Part shown: piece by piece, positions 38,392 to 46,751 of the stretch
How the letters are laid out: every line of letters starts with the position of its first letter
How positions within the stretch are numbered: the first letter of the stretch is position 1
From: an uncultured bacterium
GTDB lineage: Bacteria; Hydrothermota; UBA3073; NMUJ01; CBEVQO01
Length of the DNA: 64,000 nt
Assembly (NCBI GenBank): GCA_965552055.1
Contig: CBEVQO010000002.1
Span: 96,001 to 160,000, forward strand
Direction of reading: 5' to 3'
Program-made: the position numbers and the translations under genes
Notes under the pieces: generated by a model
Told to the model about the DNA's origin: nothing
What the model saw: the letters and a program-made list of their open reading frames with translations, nothing else
Database searches by the model: none

Positions 38392-38429
38392 AATTTTTGT
38401 TGACAAAAGAATAATTTGTTTAATATTCT

Positions 38430-40112
38430 GTGATGAAATTCAAATTTTTAATGCTTCTTCTTTTACCATCTGTGTTATTTGCGAGAGAGTTAAAAGATTA
38501 TTTATTAGAGATTTCTTCTGCAATACCGCTTTCCATTCGTGGTAAGAGACTCGCTGTTATAAATTTTTACGATAGATATTACAAACAAAGAAGAATCTTA
38601 TCAAAAGAAATAGAATCAATTTTTTCAGGCATTCTTGTTGATAAATTTAAAGTTGTTGAAAGAGAAAGGATAAAAGACATAATAAAAGTTTTACAGGTTG
38701 AAATGCAACCCATTTTTGATGAATCCACCGTCGTCAAAATAGGCAAACTCGCAGGTGCTGAATTGCTGTTAACAGGGGATTACAAAGTGGACGAAAAAGA
38801 AATCATTTTAAGGACAAAAATTATAGAACTTAAATCCGGAATCGTTGAATTTGACAAAAAAATTGAACTACCCCGTAATTGCGTGGATTACGAGATGCTG
38901 GGATTCGAAAAAGTACCACTACCTGAACGCAAATTGAGGTTAACGATGTTTAAACCCGAAGGCAACATCTCACAAAACATCCTCGACGAAATAAAGAACA
39001 GAGCACTTCATATATTATCGGAGTGCAAGAAAATTCAATTTGTAGAACCATGGGCTGAACATGACCTCGAAATATCAGTAAAGATAAACAAAGCACCTGA
39101 AAGAAAAATACAGGGAGAAAATGAAAAAGTACCAATTGATGGCTTTACAATAAATGTAAGTATGAAAAATTTAAAGACAGGAGAAGTTAAGATGAGCAAA
39201 GCTGTAACAGTCCTCGAAGAAGATATCGTAAATGCTGTGTTAAACTCTTTAAAAATTTTCCTGAACGAAATAACTGTAGCAGGCGGGATAAAGCGTGTGG
39301 AAGATAAAACTGCGTTCTTAAATATCGGAAGAAATAACGGCGTTGATAAAAACCAATATTTTTATATAAAAGACCCAATGGGTGATATCGCAGGTAAATT
39401 GATAATCGAAGAAGTAAGCGAAAATTCAGCAAAAGGCAGAATAATTGAAGGTAAAGATATCTTCGCAGGATATGCGACAGAACTGATGCCAGATAAAGAA
39501 GAGAAAAAGAGATTGGAAAAAGAACTTGCGATCATGGAAAGAAAATATGAAAATGCCATCCAAAAATACATATCAGAATGGATAAGATTTCACTCACCCA
39601 AAAGCAGGATAAAACTATTTGCGGGATATGGACATTATTTTGATAAACAACAGGATGAATCCTTCAACTATGTTGAGCTTATTCCCAATATTTACGGAGG
39701 TGCGGTATTCTTTGGCAACCATCCTAATTTTCACCTATTTTTGAAATATTGCTATTTAATGACATCAGACAGCATGCATTCTCAAAATATAACTTCGCAT
39801 TCCGGTACCATTGGAGGTAGATTTCAGTTTGCGTTTTCACTTTCTTCGATTAAAATTTCCCCTTATTTAACACTGGGAATAGGAGGCGGTTACTTCACAT
39901 ATACCGAATCTTCGTGGCAGGATGAATGGTGGGCTGTGCTGTGCGATGTAACAGGCGGAGTAGAATTTGTACATGCTTCACAAAAGGGCATCTTCTTACA
40001 ATATTATGTAATGAAAAGATTGTGGAAAAGCGAACCCCAGATTACTTCTCTCTCCAATTTTAAAGAAGATTTCGGTGCAATAATTTTCGGTATATCAATC
40101 TGGTTCAAATGA
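38430..40112 (+). CDS. Exported CsgG/FlgO-like plus FlgT-C-like protein with C-terminal beta-barrel-like region
   Basis: Signal peptide; FKVVERE..IGKLAGAELLLTG; AFLNIGRNNGV; aromatic C-terminus. Confidence 0.7.
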   Translation: MMKFKFLMLLLLPSVLFARELKDYLLEISSAIPLSIRGKRLAVINFYDRYYKQRRILSKEIESIFSGILVDKFKVVERERIKDIIKVLQVEMQPIFDESTVVKIGKLAGAELLLTGDYKVDEKEIILRTKIIELKSGIVEFDKKIELPRNCVDYEMLGFEKVPLPERKLRLTMFKPEGNISQNILDEIKNRALHILSECKKIQFVEPWAEHDLEISVKINKAPERKIQGENEKVPIDGFTINVSMKNLKTGEVKMSKAVTVLEEDIVNAVLNSLKIFLNEITVAGGIKRVEDKTAFLNIGRNNGVDKNQYFYIKDPMGDIAGKLIIEEVSENSAKGRIIEGKDIFAGYATELMPDKEEKKRLEKELAIMERKYENAIQKYISEWIRFHSPKSRIKLFAGYGHYFDKQQDESFNYVELIPNIYGGAVFFGNHPNFHLFLKYCYLMTSDSMHSQNITSHSGTIGGRFQFAFSLSSIKISPYLTLGIGGGYFTYTESSWQDEWWAVLCDVTGGVEFVHASQKGIFLQYYVMKRLWKSEPQITSLSNFKEDFGAIIFGISIWFK

Positions 40113-40867
40113 GGGGATGCTTTACATTTATACTGGGACTGATAATAGGTGCTCTTGGATTTTATTTCTTCCTGAACAAAGGGTACGGCAATTTGAAGAG
40201 AGATGTTAAAATAGCAATTAAAAAATGGAAAGGCGAAGAAATTTATACAAAACCCTCTTATACCCATAAAACGAAAAAAAGAAAAAGAAGCAAACATAAA
40301 AAGAAAGAAAAAGTCCGGAAAAAATTTGATTTAAAAGAGAAAATTACGATAGCTTGGCAGGATAGTTTAAAAAATTTGAGAAAAAGAATAAAATGGCTCA
40401 CGGATGATAAAGAAGAAAAAATAGAGTGGTTTTACAAAAGAAAAGAAGAGATAAAGGAGAAGCTCGCGCACAAATGCGGGATTGGTGTCGATAAATTTGA
40501 TAGATTTATAAGAAAAAACATTTACAAAGCATGGCAGGATAGTGTAAATAAATTGAAAAAAGCAATAGGTGAATGGCCAACAGAGGAACAATATAAATGG
40601 TTTGAAAACAGGAAAAATGTAATAAAAGCAAAATTGTCAAAAGTTATTGGAATAACACAACAAAAATTTGATAAATTGATAAATCAGAACTTCTATAAAG
40701 CATGGGTTGATAGTTTAAAGGAAATAAAAAATAAAATGAAATGGCTGACAGAGGAAAAAGAAAGGGAATATAAATGGTTTAAAAGCAGAAAAGAGGAAAT
40801 AAAGCGGAAACTTGCAAAGAAATATGGACTTACTTTAAAGCAACTCGAAGATTTACTTAAACGCTGA
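40109..40867 (+). CDS. Membrane-anchored Lys-rich protein with three internal repeats
   Basis: N-terminal TM helix; AWxDS...WF..RK..IK.KL occurs three times. Confidence 0.7.
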   Translation: MRGCFTFILGLIIGALGFYFFLNKGYGNLKRDVKIAIKKWKGEEIYTKPSYTHKTKKRKRSKHKKKEKVRKKFDLKEKITIAWQDSLKNLRKRIKWLTDDKEEKIEWFYKRKEEIKEKLAHKCGIGVDKFDRFIRKNIYKAWQDSVNKLKKAIGEWPTEEQYKWFENRKNVIKAKLSKVIGITQQKFDKLINQNFYKAWVDSLKEIKNKMKWLTEEKEREYKWFKSRKEEIKRKLAKKYGLTLKQLEDLLKR

Positions 40868-41227
40868 ATGAATTAAAATTTCTACCATCGGCATCTCTGG
40901 TGAGCGTGGATTTGGTATTACCCTCTTTTTACTCATATCAACTATCAGGTCTAACTGCTCAAGTATTATTTGACCTACAAGAGGCTGAGTGCCTTCGGGC
41001 TCTGCCAGAACATTAAATTCACCTGCCCTGCCACATAACTCCACTGTTACAATGCCATAAATCGATTTCGTTTTTACTTCTCGCATTTTCCTTAGATTTA
41101 ACTTGTTGATAATATTTTGTGGTAAAACTAGCATCGTTGCTCCTGTGTCAATAACACCTTCTACCTCTACTTTCTTCTCGGGTTCAAAAACATTTATAAT
41201 TTTTATTTTCTCAACCACTTTTCCCAT
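40853..41227 (-). CDS. Clan AA (retropepsin-like) aspartyl protease
   Basis: VIDTGATMLVLP, PLVGQIILEQLDL. Confidence 0.8.
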   Translation of the reverse strand: MGKVVEKIKIINVFEPEKKVEVEGVIDTGATMLVLPQNIINKLNLRKMREVKTKSIYGIVTVELCGRAGEFNVLAEPEGTQPLVGQIILEQLDLIVDMSKKRVIPNPRSPEMPMVEILIHSAFK

Positions 41228-41320
41228 TTTATTCCTATTAATTATAATCTTCTCTTTAAAATGTCAAGCCAAAATTTATATAGTTGCAGTCAACCCGAGC
41301 TTGGACGATTAAAATTTTTA

Positions 41321-41495
41321 AATTTTTAATGCGAGGCGTAGCCGAGCACATTACATATGGGTTGATATGTCAGCCCATTACGGGTTTTGGGTTATAGCAG
41401 GGGATTCTGGCTTTATCCTCTGTCTGCGTATTTCAGCGATAGGAGTGGGCTGACTTAATCGGGAAGGTGGGGACAGCGGAGGCGGGGCTAAAAAT
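41321..41495 (+). repeat. Structured intergenic repeat, copy 2
   Basis: gcgaggcgtagccgagc...gtcagccca...tgggctgac...gggaaggtggggacagcggaggcgggg. Confidence 0.85.
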
Positions 41496-41497
41496 AT

Positions 41498-41524
41498 TTG
41501 ACAAAAATTAAAATTGAATAAAAT
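41498..41524 (+). promoter_or_regulatory. Promoter TTGACA-N15-TAAAAT; mnmG apparently leaderless
   Basis: ATG 5 nt after the -10 box; no SD. Confidence 0.7.
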
Positions 41525-41529
41525 AAAGT

Positions 41530-43392
41530 ATGGTGTATCCCGAAAAATTTGATGTCATCGTTGTTGGTGGTGGGCATGCTGGATGCGAAGCTGCCCTTGC
41601 CTGTGCACGAATGGGACTTAAAACTCTTTTACTCACCTTAAATCTTGATACAATCGGTCAAATGAGCTGTAATCCTTCTGTTGGTGGCATTGGCAAAAGT
41701 CATCTTGTTTTTGAAGTTGATGCACTTGGTGGAGAAATCGGTTTTAACACCGACAAAACAGGTATTGGCTTTAAAATGCTGAATACAAGTAAGGGACCTG
41801 CTGTCTGGGCTCTGAGAGCTCAGGTTGACCGCAAGCGATATAGAGAAGAGATGCAAAAGCAAATATTTAATCAAAAAAATTTAAAGGTAAAACAGGTGCA
41901 TGTTGGTGAAATTTTGTTAGAACCCAATGGAAAAAGGGTTAAAGGTGTGAAATCTGAATCTGGTATGGAATATCATTGCGATGCAGTTATTCTTACTACA
42001 GGTACTTTTTTGAACGGCACAATACATATTGGGTTGAAGCATTTTTCAGCAGGTAGATTGGGAGAGCCACCTGCAACGGAGCTTGCAAAATGTCTCGTAG
42101 AACTTGGCTTTAAACTGGGAAGGTTGAAAACAGGAACTTCTCCCCGTGTTGACGGAAGAACAATTGACTTTTCAAAACTTCAGCGTCATCCCCAGGATGA
42201 AGCCAAATGGCATTTCTCACACAGGACAAAAGAATTTTCACCACCAAAAGTTGACTGCTGGATGACACATACAACACCAGAAACCCACGAAATTATACTG
42301 AAAAATCTGGATAGGTCCCCCCTATATACCGGTAAAATAACGGGAACAGGTGTTAGATACTGTCCATCACTCGAAGATAAAGTTGTGAAATTTAGAGATA
42401 AAGCACATCATCAGGTAATTATAGAGCCAGATGGTCTCGACACTCATGAATATTATCTAAATGGTGTATCTACTTCTCTACCCGAAGATGTACAGATTCA
42501 GTATTTGAGGACGATACCAGGGCTCGAAAAGGTTGAAGTAATAAGACCCGGATACGGAATTGAATATGATTTTGTTTTCCCTTCACAAATCTATCCAACT
42601 ATGGAGACAAAAAAGATAGAAAATCTATATTTTGCAGGTCAAATAAATGGCACAACGGGTTATGAAGAAGCTGCTGCTCAGGGCATAATCGCTGGCATAA
42701 ATGCGGCTCTCAAACTAAAAGGCAAACCCCCATTTATACCCAAAAGGTCAGAAAGTTATCTTGGAGTTTTGATTGATGACCTGACAACAAAAGAGATAAC
42801 AGAACCTTACAGGATGTTTACAACCCGTGCAGAATATCGCCTTATTTTACGACAGGACAACGCAGATGAAAGATTGATGAAATACGGAGTGGAATTTGGA
42901 CTCGTATCGCCGGAAGAATACGAAAAAGTATTGAAAAGAAAAGAAAGAGTGCAGAAGAAAATTTTTGATTTGAAAACAAAAAAAGTATCACCCGAAGAAA
43001 TAAACCCGATTCTGGAGAAAAAAGGAAGTTCTAAAATAAAGGTAAAAACATCCCTCTACGATATTTTGAAGCGTCCAGAAATCAAATATGATGATATAAA
43101 AGAATTTGCAGGAGATTTGCCCGATAAAGAACGCTTACAGGTTGAAACCGAAATAAAATATGAAGGATATATTGAGAAGATGAAAAGAGATGCAAAAAGA
43201 ATGGAAGAATATGAAAATAAAATTATACCCGATTGGATAGATTACGATAAGATACAGAATTTATCATTTGAAGCCCGTGAGAAGTTGAAGAAATTGCGTC
43301 CAATGACACTTGGTCAGGCATCACGCATAGACGGTGTAACACCAGCAGATATCTTCGCAATACTCGTAGAAATGAAGAAAAATCAAAGATGA
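41530..43392 (+). CDS. mnmG: tRNA uridine 5-carboxymethylaminomethyl modification enzyme
   Basis: VVGGGHAGCEAA, MSCNPSVGG, RYCPSLEDK, AGQINGTTGYEEAAAQG. Confidence 0.97.
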   Translation: MVYPEKFDVIVVGGGHAGCEAALACARMGLKTLLLTLNLDTIGQMSCNPSVGGIGKSHLVFEVDALGGEIGFNTDKTGIGFKMLNTSKGPAVWALRAQVDRKRYREEMQKQIFNQKNLKVKQVHVGEILLEPNGKRVKGVKSESGMEYHCDAVILTTGTFLNGTIHIGLKHFSAGRLGEPPATELAKCLVELGFKLGRLKTGTSPRVDGRTIDFSKLQRHPQDEAKWHFSHRTKEFSPPKVDCWMTHTTPETHEIILKNLDRSPLYTGKITGTGVRYCPSLEDKVVKFRDKAHHQVIIEPDGLDTHEYYLNGVSTSLPEDVQIQYLRTIPGLEKVEVIRPGYGIEYDFVFPSQIYPTMETKKIENLYFAGQINGTTGYEEAAAQGIIAGINAALKLKGKPPFIPKRSESYLGVLIDDLTTKEITEPYRMFTTRAEYRLILRQDNADERLMKYGVEFGLVSPEEYEKVLKRKERVQKKIFDLKTKKVSPEEINPILEKKGSSKIKVKTSLYDILKRPEIKYDDIKEFAGDLPDKERLQVETEIKYEGYIEKMKRDAKRMEEYENKIIPDWIDYDKIQNLSFEAREKLKKLRPMTLGQASRIDGVTPADIFAILVEMKKNQR

Positions 43393-43990
43393 AAAAAATA
43401 TATATTTTTGTTATCGCATCGCTAATTGTAATAACATGCAAAAAGAATAACAAATTATTGAATTTAAAGAAATAGGAAACTGGGCTTATCAATTGCAGAA
43501 TGCAAATCCTGATGAAATAGATTATTCAAGAGATGGGACAAATGAAAAAAGGTATAAGATAGAAGCGGAGGATTATAGATTTTACTGGAAAAGTGAGTGG
43601 GATAGTGTTCCACCCGACTGGCTTGGCGAAGAAAACCCTGAATGGCATGGAAATTATGCAGTAAAATACTGGTATAAAGAGTGGAAAGATATAATTTTTC
43701 AATATCTTGATACTGTAATCTCACAGGGCTTTATGGGTGTTTATCTTGATAAAATTGATGATAAAATTTGTAATGGAAATTGCAGAGTATTGCAGACAAA
43801 AGGGTGAAAACTTTTATATAATTCACAAAATGGAGAAAACATCCTTGAATATGATGATGTAAGTTATCATGTGACTATGTTGATGATGGTACGGGATACT
43901 GTGGCAGGAATAAATATAGAATTGAGGATTATATAAATAAGGCAAAAAAGTATGGTTTTATACCTTATTGTGCGAGAGCAGACCGTGAAT
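43389..43990 (+). pseudogene. Degraded GH114/TM1410-like (endo-alpha-1,4-polygalactosaminidase-like) lipoprotein gene
   Basis: Signal-like MKKIYIFVIASLIVITC, then a frameshift; fragments WAYQLQ, DYSRDG, EAEDYRFYW, ENPEWHGNYAVKYW, GFMGVYLD; premature stops. Confidence 0.7.
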
Positions 43991-44013
43991 TCCTTTCTGA
44001 CAAGCAATAAAAT

Positions 44014-45684
44014 TCATTTTACCTTTATTATCTTTTTCATAGTAGAAAGGTGTTTCAATTTTATTCTGATAAAATATACTCCCGAAGAAATATTCAAAGA
44101 AACTCTGTGTCCTCTTTTTCCGTGCGTCAATGTAAAACATTTTATCAATCTACCATTTATGTCGAAAATCTGCAAACTCGCATCGTAACTTAGTATTTCG
44201 GGAAATATTATTTTTAACTCATTTGAAGATGTTAATAGTGTCGGATAAATTTCAATTTTCGTTTTTTCTTTTCTTTCTTTTATTGCTTCTGGATGATATT
44301 CATATGCTCCTATATCAATTGCGTTCCCATAGGGTCTTTCATTATATTCAAGGTCAACATCGGGTGCACCTTCTGCTGTACCTGCATCTATTGCAGGACT
44401 CCCCTCTTTTAAATGGAAATCGCCTTCTGTTCCCCATGCAGGACGAACAAAAAGAGGGTCACCATAAATATTGCCTTCTCCCAAAGCAAAAATACTATCG
44501 GAAGTATATTCCCTGCCATTCGCATAAACCTGTACATCTTCGTTTATATAAAATAGATTGTGGTCAGCAGTTAAATTCACAGCATTGCCAAAATAAACCC
44601 TTCTTCCGCCCGATATAATTGTATTGCGTAAAAGAACATTTATAGGTGCATTTGCAGAATACTGGAAATAAGCGGAGTAATGATTGCGAGATGGCACATC
44701 GTATGCCGTTATATTTATAAATTCAAAATAACCATTTGTATCTTCCGATTCAACAACAATTAATGACCATGGCGTAGGTGTAGTATCTCTATCTCCTGTA
44801 CCGTAAATAAGTACATTAACTGCTTTGCTTGAATCGCCCCATAATTTCAATCCATCAGCCCAGTTATTTGCAATAATACAATTATGAACGAAAGTACGAC
44901 GAGATTTTGAATCGATTCCATCTCCTCTATTGTGCTCCGAAATAACATTGTATATTTCGAGCGGACCTTCAGAAGGCTCCATACCTATTCCATCAGGTCT
45001 ATCATAAGGTGAAATCGTATCCCGTCCCATATAAAAATATCCTGCATATCCCAGATAAGTATTATCAATTATGACATTACGCCAGCCATAAGATGTTCCA
45101 GCAGGAGCAGAAATGGCACTCATACCCGTATGATGAATAGAGCATCCAGATACTCTAACATCTTCAATATCTCCTGCGAAATTTATACCGCATTCTTCAA
45201 GATGGTGCATTACTACATTTTCTATGATAATGTGTGAAACAAAAGCACCTGCACCGGCTGCACCGCCTGCCTCTATCCCTTCACGCATACCACCAGAATA
45301 AGGTGTATCAATATAACTGGTTAATTCGAGATTCGCAATTTTTACATAACTGAGATTCGAAATATCTATCGCAGAAAGTAAACTTCCTTTACCTGCGAGA
45401 ACAGGCAAACTATCTCCATATCCCATTATCACAGTATAAGCGGTTTGTGTACCTGATGGAGGTGTTATCATATCATCGTAATAAGTTGATAAAACATAGG
45501 TTCCGGGTAACATTATCAGAGTATCGCCAGGAGAAATTTGTTTTGAGCCATAACCCGGTGTAGCCCATGGATGCTCGTAAGTGCCCGGATTCGTATCATT
45601 GCCCGAAGGCGAAACATAGTATGTAGTGGCATATAACTCGTCTAGAAAAAATATAACCCCTATAAAAATAAAAAGACGCATCAT
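44014..45684 (-). CDS. Secreted right-handed beta-helix protein (DUF1565/choice-of-anchor Q-like) with T9SS C-terminal domain
   Basis: TYYVSPSGNDTNPGT, DGIDSK, DFHLKEGSPAIDAG, DIGAYE, C-terminal IFDINGR..SSGVYF. Confidence 0.82.
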   Translation of the reverse strand: MMRLFIFIGVIFFLDELYATTYYVSPSGNDTNPGTYEHPWATPGYGSKQISPGDTLIMLPGTYVLSTYYDDMITPPSGTQTAYTVIMGYGDSLPVLAGKGSLLSAIDISNLSYVKIANLELTSYIDTPYSGGMREGIEAGGAAGAGAFVSHIIIENVVMHHLEECGINFAGDIEDVRVSGCSIHHTGMSAISAPAGTSYGWRNVIIDNTYLGYAGYFYMGRDTISPYDRPDGIGMEPSEGPLEIYNVISEHNRGDGIDSKSRRTFVHNCIIANNWADGLKLWGDSSKAVNVLIYGTGDRDTTPTPWSLIVVESEDTNGYFEFINITAYDVPSRNHYSAYFQYSANAPINVLLRNTIISGGRRVYFGNAVNLTADHNLFYINEDVQVYANGREYTSDSIFALGEGNIYGDPLFVRPAWGTEGDFHLKEGSPAIDAGTAEGAPDVDLEYNERPYGNAIDIGAYEYHPEAIKERKEKTKIEIYPTLLTSSNELKIIFPEILSYDASLQIFDINGRLIKCFTLTHGKRGHRVSLNISSGVYFIRIKLKHLSTMKKIIKVK

Positions 45685-45861
45685 ACCCTCCTTACCAATT
45701 ATAAACATTTCACAAGGGTGTCAATTAAAAATTAAACCGGAATCTCAATTCTCCTTAATTCATAAGTGCAAATGCTTCGATAGCAAGTAATGCAGATAAA
45801 TATCTTTTGCATTATTAAAATACTTCTTTGACATCTCAATCGCAAAATGTCAAGTTAAAAC

Positions 45862-45888
45862 TTGACAGAGCAACAAATTGATTAAAAT
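45862..45888 (+). promoter_or_regulatory. Promoter TTGACA-N15-TAAAAT; glyQ apparently leaderless
   Basis: ATG 5 nt after the -10 box. Confidence 0.7.
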
Positions 45889-45893
45889 AAGAG

Positions 45894-46751
45894 ATGACTT
45901 TTCAGGATGTAGTTTTGAAGTTATCGGATTACTGGAGAAAGAAAGGTTGTCTCATCACCCAGCCCTATCCCACAGAGACAGGTGCTTTAACTTTTGACCC
46001 CTTTACCTTTTTCAAAGTGCTCGATAAGGAACCATGGCGGGTGGCATATTACGGAATATCAAAGCGTCCAAAAGATGGAAGATACGCAGAAAATCCCAAT
46101 CGCTTACAGCAATTTTATCAATATCAGGTTATTTTAAAACCACCACCGGATGATGTGCAAGAATTGTATCTTAAAAGTTTAGAACATATTGGAATTAACT
46201 TGAAAGAGCATGATGTTAGATTTGTTGAAGATGACTGGGAATCCGAAGCACTTGGAGCACGAGGACTCGGCTGGGAAGTATGGCTCGATGGCCTTGAAAT
46301 CACGCAATTTACCTATTTTCAGGAAGTAGCAGGATTCAAATTAAATCCACCTTCTGTGGAATTAACTTATGGACTTGAAAGAATTTGCATGTTTTTACAG
46401 AAAAAGGACAATGTATTTGAGATAGAATGGGGAGCAGGAATAAAATATGGCGAACTTTTTAAAAAATCGGAATATGAATTTTGTAGATTTAACTATGACG
46501 ATGCAAATGTTGAATTATACAGAAAGTTATTTGACGATTTTGAAAAAGAAGCTATAAGATTTTTAACAGAATTAAAGTTACTGGCACCTGGATACGATTA
46601 TGTAATGAAGTGTTCCCACATTTTAAACATTCTTGATGCAAGAAGGGCAATAGGTCCTGAGGAGCGTAAAACATACATTGCTCGTGTAAGAAAACTTGCG
46701 CATCTTGCAGCAAAATTATATCTTGAGCAAAAATACGGGGAGGTGAAATGA
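45894..46751 (+). CDS. glyQ: Glycine-tRNA ligase alpha subunit
   Basis: MTFQD, DGRYAENPNRLQ, GWEVWLDGLEITQFTYFQ, ELTYGLER. Confidence 0.96.
   Translation: MTFQDVVLKLSDYWRKKGCLITQPYPTETGALTFDPFTFFKVLDKEPWRVAYYGISKRPKDGRYAENPNRLQQFYQYQVILKPPPDDVQELYLKSLEHIGINLKEHDVRFVEDDWESEALGARGLGWEVWLDGLEITQFTYFQEVAGFKLNPPSVELTYGLERICMFLQKKDNVFEIEWGAGIKYGELFKKSEYEFCRFNYDDANVELYRKLFDDFEKEAIRFLTELKLLAPGYDYVMKCSHILNILDARRAIGPEERKTYIARVRKLAHLAAKLYLEQKYGEVK

Noticed and set aside
12806..38400. Prophage or ICE
   Set aside because: No integrase, terminase, capsid, relaxase or T4SS genes were recognised, and no att-like direct repeats or tRNA were seen at the borders.
46685..46712. TGTAAGAAAA inside glyQ as an ECF promoter
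   Set aside because: It lacks the TAAT box 13 nt downstream and is intragenic.
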